A stretch of DNA of 62,395 nucleotides from Candidatus Hydrothermota bacterium. Its GTDB lineage: Bacteria; Hydrothermota; Hydrothermia; B15-G9; DRBW01. The stretch is taken from contig JAGGUL010000038.1 of NCBI GenBank assembly GCA_021158525.1, positions 1-62,395 of the forward strand, read 5' to 3'. The notes beneath the pieces are model-generated. The model was not told where the DNA came from. It did no database searches and saw nothing but the letters and a program-made list of their open reading frames with translations. Shown piece by piece: positions 10,301-14,909 of the stretch. Within the stretch, counting starts at the first letter, position 1. Each line of letters opens with the position of its first letter. A program made the position numbers and the translations under genes.

Positions 10301-10598
10301 CTTTGTACATCTCCGGATTTGCGAGGCGAGCTCTGCGGGTGAGATGTTGATGTCCGGCCCATATCCCAATCCGGCATCTTCAGAGGTCGAGTTCAGTATC
10401 ACCGTTCCCGATAAGATAGCGAGCCTTTTCTCCATCTATGATGTGCGAGGCAGATTGCTATGGAAGTCGAAGGAGTTCCTCCAGCGCGGATACAACCGGA
10501 TAATTCTTAACGTCAGATTGAGCCCGGGGATCTATTTTGTAGTTGTGGATGTGCCCGGCAACGGTGCCATTCGCAGAAAGCTCGTGATAATGAGGTAG
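7332..10598 (+). CDS. large secreted protein: propeller-like N-terminal region, four tandem FN3/Ig-like modules, T9SS-type C-terminal sorting domain
   Basis: Strong SD (AAAAAGGAGGAG) before ATG 7332 and signal-like MRIILLFLLSLSG. C-terminus YPNPASSEVEFSI...SIYDVRGRLLW...GIYFVVVDVPGNGAIRRKLVIMR matches the Por/T9SS CTD pattern. Confidence 0.85.
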   Translation: MRIILLFLLSLSGRYEGPVTRSLSPLPPSAIGHLSFEKFSPPIMPLPEEPNPQGSGSRRWNYQPDGSSSFPGDNTITNFQGIFFTGWFPPDVQIAAGPGYVGEVVNSNIAFYDTLGNLLYSNTLYNFFSPLSPSNNFIFDPKIAYDPLGGRWLVLALQQNSNNSESNYYLAVSQSSNPLGSWYYYALDATLDGSTPSNNWADYPGLGFNDWGIFITSNQFDWNGSFSYPKLRVLDKTAAYNGTLNSWHDFWNLSYSSSWKPAQSVTATQTEYILRSYWNGSSYIYGWKVTGSASSPSISSRYNISVAPYNPPPNASQYGGSTPLNSGDARMQDVTYKDGFIFGTLGEENPLYSGYCASRYFRLDTTFTVIEDISYGDSGYNYIYPRVAPANSFVAMVFTRCGPLEFAGVRYTTKALNATAFDPSTLVKAGEAYYVQLDGSGRNRWGDYSGAYLDPSGTSVWVCGEYASTNNQWGTWVARVIHSSGDTVPPPAPVLLSPPNMIHTNAAPLSFIWSSVQDSSGILRYELQYSVDPSFSGASTINVSDTTYSLTLPDTIYYWRVRAVDSAYNTGSWSNTWLFTLDTHPPGVPALLYPPNGSYLATADVTFQWGSVADPGSGAKLSPVRYIIEISSISMGNTICDTTDTNTYQVVLAEDMYMWRVRAFDVAGNEGVFSSPDTFGIDLIPPSVPLLISPDDGAVINDSTPDFVWHSSSDNLSGIHHYEVEVAQDPSFAGSTVYPSTDTVLTIPSALTDGMWYWRVLAVDSAGNYGNPSDSRNFEVDTDVPDIPVLIYPSDGTVTGSLPDLIWGEVLRSAEEDGDKSQVFYTLQLSPDTFSGTIWTYTSLYDTVFSVPDSLFPPDSTFRMYWRVRAEDEAGNVGQFSGSRSFIYDVVPPEIESTVVFGDTLVAPDSVAVTAVIRDYSGISVALLHYRFSGGNWITDTMVQNAGDLYMGYINFEFEDSTGPVEYYIEAFDNSDPANSSRDPDSGYYTFVHLRICEASSAGEMLMSGPYPNPASSEVEFSITVPDKIASLFSIYDVRGRLLWKSKEFLQRGYNRIILNVRLSPGIYFVVVDVPGNGAIRRKLVIMR
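8787..10001 (+). repeat. four tandem ~100-aa coding modules inside the secreted protein
   Basis: Each module starts (V/H/I)PPxxPxL(L/I)xPxxG and ends YxWRV(R/L)AxDxAGNxG...F. Boundaries near aa 486, 584, 684, 783 and 890. Confidence 0.8.
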
Positions 10599-10754
10599 GG
10601 ATATCTCTGGCAGAAAGGGGACTAAAGCGACTCGGGTATTGTGCAGCTGTTCTTGTTTCCTATCCCTGGCCGAAAGTGATATTTTTATCACGGGATGAAG
10701 TTTGGCGTTAGCAACGGCACATTTTCGAAACAGAGGAGGATGGCCGGATAAAAA

Positions 10755-12060
10755 TTATCGGGTGGGATCAATAAGTCTTCCAAAGAATAGAATATTTCCG
10801 TTGTGTCTTTGCTGGATTATGAATATGAATGGGTGGTCCGCCAGGAAGATTCTTTTTTTTCTCTTTACCATCTCAGGAGTGCACGCTATAATCGTAGCAG
10901 TTGCAGTATAAGCTTTTGTGCCCTTTTCATTGACTTTAACGCAGGTATGGTGAATCACGGAACTGATAAATAAGCCTTCGTTATTCGTCATTCCTGAAAA
11001 ATCAGCCCTTTTGGCGTTAAATGCTGTCGGCATCCCCAGGGTTTTCAGGTGATCATTCAGGATATATTCTGCCTCTATTTCAAATTTCGGCAGAAATATG
11101 GCATCCAGTTTTGTTATTTGCATCTGGCTCTTATATTCAGCAAGTTTTCTTGCTGATAGAGGCTCTATGCTATCGAGGGATTCTGTGGGCAGAAGAATTA
11201 ACATAGAAATTCCGCCCAGATAGGGCAATTCCAGAATTTGTAGATTTCCGAGATCGGCATAATTAAATCCTTTTCTGTATGTGGTCGTGCGCATCATGGG
11301 GACTTTAACAACACTGTCTGGAGTTATTTTGAAATCCATTTCTTCTGTGTCTTCAGGATCGAATTGCTGCTTCCATGTCCCTGTAAAGTGAATGGTATTT
11401 GTGAGGACAAACATCGTCAGTTGATTTACACACCCCACGGGGATTAACCCCTTTATTCTTCCGCCAGTTTGTTTTTCTATAAACTTGTTGATAGTTAGTC
11501 TGGATTTTTCTGTTTTTTGCAAAGTCAAGGTTCTCTGCTTTTCCAGAATAATATCGTTTGACTATATTTTTATAGTCCTTCAGGAGTGGATAATCTCGTT
11601 GAACCCATAATGCATTTCCCATTCTCAGTTCGTATGCTCCATAGGTTTTCTTCAGATCGTTATAAATTATGGCGAAATTCTTTCTCAATTTATCGACTTT
11701 CGGGAAGTGGAAAACAGATTTGATCTCGTCTGCCGTTTCACCGTTAGCTCCTTCATAAGCCAGAGCTAAAGAGGAAAAAATACAAAATGGAGAGTACAAG
11801 ATATTGCCTTTTTCACGTTTTGCCAGCACAGCATACAGATCAAAAGCGAATTCATTGTTAGCGTGTGCCACGATTCCCTGTCCTGATGATATCGAAGCTT
11901 CGGCCATCGGCAGCCGTTTTGGCTTGTAGGGAGCGAAGATGGAAAAGGATGCACCTAAAAATATCAAATAAATGAGGTCCAATAAAGTCACGACAAAAAC
12001 TATCCTATAGAAAAGAGGCATAGATGGTGCTGTTATGGTTTTTAAAATTTTTCCCTTCAT
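10755..12060 (-). pseudogene. membrane-anchored serpin interrupted by a frameshift in an A-homopolymer
   Basis: ORF 11353..12072 carries a TM anchor (PLFYRIVFVVTLLDLIYLIFLGASFSIF) and the serpin N-half (NEFAFDLYAVLAK...NILYSPFCIFSSLALAYEGANGETADEI). ORF 10755..11528 carries the serpin C-half with hinge/RCL (NEKGTKAYTATATIIAC...FLADHPFIFII). The frames join at GCAAAAAAC (T6 on + at 11513-11518); A5 would read ..LDFAKTEKSRLTINKFIEKQT... Confidence 0.8.
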
Positions 12061-12070
12061 ATCATTTCGC

Positions 12071-12099
12071 ATTTTAACATTTTTGCAAATTCATTGCAA
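12071..12099 (-). promoter_or_regulatory. candidate sigma70 promoter of the serpin gene (near-leaderless)
   Basis: Minus strand TTGCAA-17 nt-TAAAAT. The -10 overlaps the first ATG (12072), so ATG 12060, 10 nt after the -10 and without an SD, is the likely start. Confidence 0.45.
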
Positions 12100-12304
12100 G
12101 TCATCGAGATGGCCCGTAAAATCTTTTCAGAGAAACAAAAGCACAGCGATTGCTGAGTTGTGGGCTCCATAGGTAGCAGGGAAGGAGAGTGTGATTTATC
12201 TTTTGGGAAATGATGATCAGTTTGTTGATAGTTCACCGGAGGGCTTGGCGGTGATGATGGGTTATGCTGTGCGCTAACGCTGCCCCTGTGTTTTCGCCGT
12301 CCGA

Positions 12305-12333
12305 TTGATTTTCCGGCTCCTGGCAAGTATAAT
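12305..12333 (+). promoter_or_regulatory. candidate sigma70 promoter of tlpA-hslV
   Basis: TTGATT-17 nt-TATAAT, 40 nt before the SD (AAGGAGG) and ATG 12373. Confidence 0.55.
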
Positions 12334-12372
12334 TATGAACAAGTTTTGATATATTAAACCAAGGAGGTTCAG

Positions 12373-12915
12373 ATGAGATTAGCACTGGCACTCGCATTGA
12401 CAGCGACTCTCGTTCTTCCGCTTGCTTCAGAAGAGAGGGAGAAGGCTCCAGATTTCACGCTGGAGTCGATTAACGGGGATACGATCAAACTTTCGGATTA
12501 CAGGGGCAAGGTGGTCATACTTGATTTCTGGGCCACCTGGTGCAGGCCCTGTGTGATGGAAATTCCCCATTACAAGGAGCTTTATGAGGCATATAAGGAT
12601 AGCGGCCTCGCTATCATTGGAATAGCGCTCGACAAGCCGCAGAAAGTTGTTTCCTTCGTCGATCGTTTCGAAGTTAATTATCCCATTGCTGTTGGTGACA
12701 GGGCCCTCGCCAGGGAGTACGGCGGAATAAGGGCCATACCCACCACGTTTGTTCTGGATCAGGATGGGAGGATCTACAGGAAGTACGTCGGATACAGGGC
12801 GAAGGAGGTCTTCTTGCAGGATTTCATGAACCTCAAGAAGGAGTACATGGCCCGCAAAAAGGCAGAGAAATCAAACAAATCAAAGAAAGCTTCATCGACC
12901 GGAGTCGAAGACTGA
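12373..12915 (+). CDS. TlpA/ResA-like periplasmic thiol:disulfide oxidoreductase (thioredoxin fold)
   Basis: Signal peptide MRLALALALTATLVLPLAS, CxxC motif in VILDFWATWCRPCVMEIP, AhpC/TSA-like length. K/S-rich tail. Confidence 0.85.
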   Translation: MRLALALALTATLVLPLASEEREKAPDFTLESINGDTIKLSDYRGKVVILDFWATWCRPCVMEIPHYKELYEAYKDSGLAIIGIALDKPQKVVSFVDRFEVNYPIAVGDRALAREYGGIRAIPTTFVLDQDGRIYRKYVGYRAKEVFLQDFMNLKKEYMARKKAEKSNKSKKASSTGVED

Positions 12916-12918
12916 TCC

Positions 12919-13458
12919 ATGGGGAATAACTTTCGTTCTACCACCGTAGTGGGCATCATCAGAGGGGGAAAGGCGTGTATAGCCTCTGACGGTCAGGTCA
13001 CTTTCGGCGATTCGGTCCTGAAACACAATGCGAAGAAGGTCAGGACCCTTTTCAAAGGAGAGGTTCTCGCCGGTTTCGCCGGCGGTGTGGCCGATGCCCT
13101 CGCCCTTTTCGAGAGAATGGAGAAGAAGTTGCAGGAATTCAACGGGAACCTGGAGAAAGCTGCCGTGGAGCTCGCGAGGGACTGGAGGTCCGATAAGGTG
13201 CTTCGCCAGCTCGACGCCGTGCTGGTGGTTCTCAACAGGGAGAGGGCTTTTATCATAACGGGGCGCGGGGATATCCTCGAACCTGATGATAAGATAGTCG
13301 TCATAGGATCGGGAAGCGGGATAGCCCTCGGCGTGGCCAGGGCGCTCGTGAGGCACACCGATCTCGATGCGAGGACCATATGCGAGGAGGCCATAAGGAT
13401 AGCTTCGGAGATTAACATCTACACAAACTCCAGCATATCGGTCCTCGAGCTGAATTAA
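12919..13458 (+). CDS. hslV: ATP-dependent protease subunit HslV
   Basis: TTVVGIIRGGKACIASDGQVTFGDSVLKHNAKKVR...GFAGGVADALALFERMEKKL...VIGSGSGIALGVARAL. N-terminal Thr nucleophile context. 179 aa. Confidence 0.92.
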   Translation: MGNNFRSTTVVGIIRGGKACIASDGQVTFGDSVLKHNAKKVRTLFKGEVLAGFAGGVADALALFERMEKKLQEFNGNLEKAAVELARDWRSDKVLRQLDAVLVVLNRERAFIITGRGDILEPDDKIVVIGSGSGIALGVARALVRHTDLDARTICEEAIRIASEINIYTNSSISVLELN

Positions 13459-13485
13459 CGCCGCAAATTACCGCTCGTAGGGCCG

Positions 13486-13836
13486 CTAACGCGGGCCCTG
13501 AGGTGTCCCCGGAAGAACAAAGGAAGCCAGGGCGTTAAAAGCTGTTGCGGCCCGTGTAGCTGTTTCCAGCCGATGTTGTGACACAATGGCAAGGTCAAAC
13601 AAATTCTTTGCAAAGACCTTCTTGAGGATTAGCCTCTCCCTGTCTTGGGAAAATACTTCGCCCAGGGCTATTACCATCATGTCGAGGGTATGAGTTCCGG
13701 CGTCTCCCCGCCAACGGCATATAAGGAAGAGATAGGCAATCCCGAAGATTATATCTTTTGAAAACAGACGAGTTTCTCTCCTTATCGACGCCGAGCGATC
13801 AGTGAGGTCGCATTTCTCGACTGCTCTGATGGACAT
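13486..13836 (-). CDS. hypothetical ORF, doubtful
   Basis: 116-aa ORF with no SD, no recognisable motif and atypical codons for this genome. Listed only because nothing better explains the region. Confidence 0.2.
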   Translation of the reverse strand: MSIRAVEKCDLTDRSASIRRETRLFSKDIIFGIAYLFLICRWRGDAGTHTLDMMVIALGEVFSQDRERLILKKVFAKNLFDLAIVSQHRLETATRAATAFNALASFVLPGTPQGPR

Positions 13837-14319
13837 CCGCCTGTTCCGCCGTGAAAGAGGGATCCCCTCGACGATGCCCTCCGGGGTCGTATCCTGATAG
13901 GGGGAATTCCCCGTAAGTCCTCAAGCCCGGGGGCTTTTCAGTATCTGGATTTTCATCAGTTCGCCTTGAAGTGTTCCCCTCGGTACTTTCCGGATCCCGA
14001 GATGTACTCTGTCGCTGACGTGCCTCTCGCCGGCTTCCTGTTCGTCGAGCTAATCGAGTTTGTCCTATGTGTTGGCGATGTGAATCCCCTGTTTTCCCTC
14101 AATGTCCTGAGCCGAATGAGGCGAGAGATCGTAAATCCTGGAAAGAGAAACTGCAGCTTCCCCTCTCGGAACATAGAGCTTGACGACATGGAACCAGCTT
14201 TTTCTATCTCGAAGTCCCTCTCGGTACGGACGAAGTCGGACAGTTGATATCCGAGCCTTCGTATGTTTTCAACCGGATGAGGAACTTGAGGGACAGGAGC
14301 TCTTTGGCAGGGCAGGATG

Positions 14320-14361
14320 GAAGAATAAAGGCCGGCGGCGGGTTTCCTGCGGAAACCCGCC
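14320..14361 (-). terminator. intrinsic terminator after the 38-aa ORF
   Basis: Minus strand GGCGGGTTTCC-GCA-GGAAACCCGCC (11-bp stem) followed by GCCGGCCTTTATTCTTCC. Confidence 0.6.
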
Positions 14362-14424
14362 ACCATTCCATTACTCCGCATTCGGCTGTGTTACCGTATC
14401 TGCACGAGCTTCAGCAGACCAGGC

Positions 14425-14541
14425 CTACCACGGGGGCCTGGGGCTTCCAGGCATGTCTATGGGAATGCCATCGGCCACCCACGGAGGTCTGGGGCTACCA
14501 GGCATGTCTATAGGTATGCCGTTCCTGGTTCCCACCTTCAT
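14425..14541 (-). CDS. 38-aa tandem-repeat peptide MKVGTRNGIPIDMPGSPRPPWVADGIPIDMPGSPRPPW
   Basis: Below the ORF-track cutoff. SD AAAAAGGAGGTG, 7 nt, ATG 14541; TAG stop at 14427..14425. The two 14-aa units differ at 5 nt, all synonymous in this frame. Has its own promoter and terminator. Confidence 0.7.
   Translation of the reverse strand: MKVGTRNGIPIDMPGSPRPPWVADGIPIDMPGSPRPPW
14428..14520 (-). repeat. tandem 51-nt-period duplication encoding GIPIDMPGSPRPPW twice
   Basis: GGCATACCTATAGACATGCCTGGTAGCCCCAGACCTCCGTGG versus GGCATTCCCATAGACATGCCTGGAAGCCCCAGGCCCCCGTGG. Confidence 0.9.
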
Positions 14542-14622
14542 AGCAGCACCTCCTTTTTACTTCCTTCTCCCGCCTCAGAAGCAGGGTCACGTCCTTCGGC
14601 GGGCAAAGGTCTAACTGGTCTT

Positions 14623-14651
14623 ATTTTACAAGGGTCACCCTGTCATGTCAA
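14623..14651 (-). promoter_or_regulatory. consensus-like sigma70 promoter of the 38-aa ORF
   Basis: Minus strand TTGACA-TGACAGGGTGACCCTTG (17 nt)-TAAAAT. Predicted leader about 75 nt. Confidence 0.65.
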
Positions 14652-14820
14652 CGGAAAAAATCAAAAAAGTGTGTCATTTTGTCACATTAAAAGGGGATTT
14701 GGCAGAATTAATACATTGATACCGAGGGACTTATGTTGGAGTAACAATTTGTAACAAAATTTTTCAGCTGATAATTTCAGGATAAATTTGCAAACTTATC
14801 TTCGAGGGGTTTGGTTGAAA

Positions 14821-14841
14821 AGTGTAACAGATGGTTACACT
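14821..14841. promoter_or_regulatory. perfect inverted repeat, candidate regulator-binding (UAS-like) site
   Basis: AGTGTAAC-AGATG-GTTACACT. Related GTAACA copies at 14741-14746 and 14751-14756 (10-nt period). Confidence 0.4.
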
Positions 14842-14909
14842 ACGAGAAGGGTGAAATGGCCAGATCTACTGTGATTACAATGAGTTAGCAGATTCCGACG
14901 AGATCCCCG

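Noticed and set aside
10704-12300. Possible att-like flanking repeats of the serpin island (GCGTTAGC...TTTTCG at 10704-10727 versus GCTAACGC...TTTTCG at 12273-12298)
   Set aside because: The 8-mer is inverted while the TTTTCG part is direct, the matches are short, and the pattern is consistent with chance.
12386-12400. Sigma54-like element TGGCAC-TCGCA-TTGA
   Set aside because: It lies inside the tlpA coding sequence, 14 nt after its ATG, and has TTGA instead of TTGC. The other TGGCAC/GTGCCA occurrences I checked by eye lacked a -12 element, so no credible -24/-12 promoter was found.
13976-13993. RNase P RNA-like CCGGAAAGUACCGAGGGG (minus strand)
   Set aside because: It is only a partial resemblance to GAGGAAAGUCCGGGC. 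The other universally conserved RNase P blocks (e.g. AGGGUGAAAGGGUG, ACAGAA..CCGGCUUA) are absent nearby.
13956-14381. 141-aa minus-strand ORF
   Set aside because: Its first ~15 codons run through the terminator hairpin of the peptide unit. It has no SD, an R/S/T-rich composition, and the other two frames are equally open.
14180-14614. The + strand ORFs 14180..14614 (144 aa) and 14244..14513 (89 aa) covering the tandem repeat
   Set aside because: The five differences between the repeat units change residues in the 14180..14614 + frame but are all synonymous in the minus-strand 38-aa frame, which also has the promoter, SD and terminator.
13459-14909. Idea that this 1.45-kb gap (the size of hslU) is a decayed hslU
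   Set aside because: The + strand translations show no Walker A or ClpX-like sequence. The region instead carries a minus-strand promoter-ORF-terminator unit.
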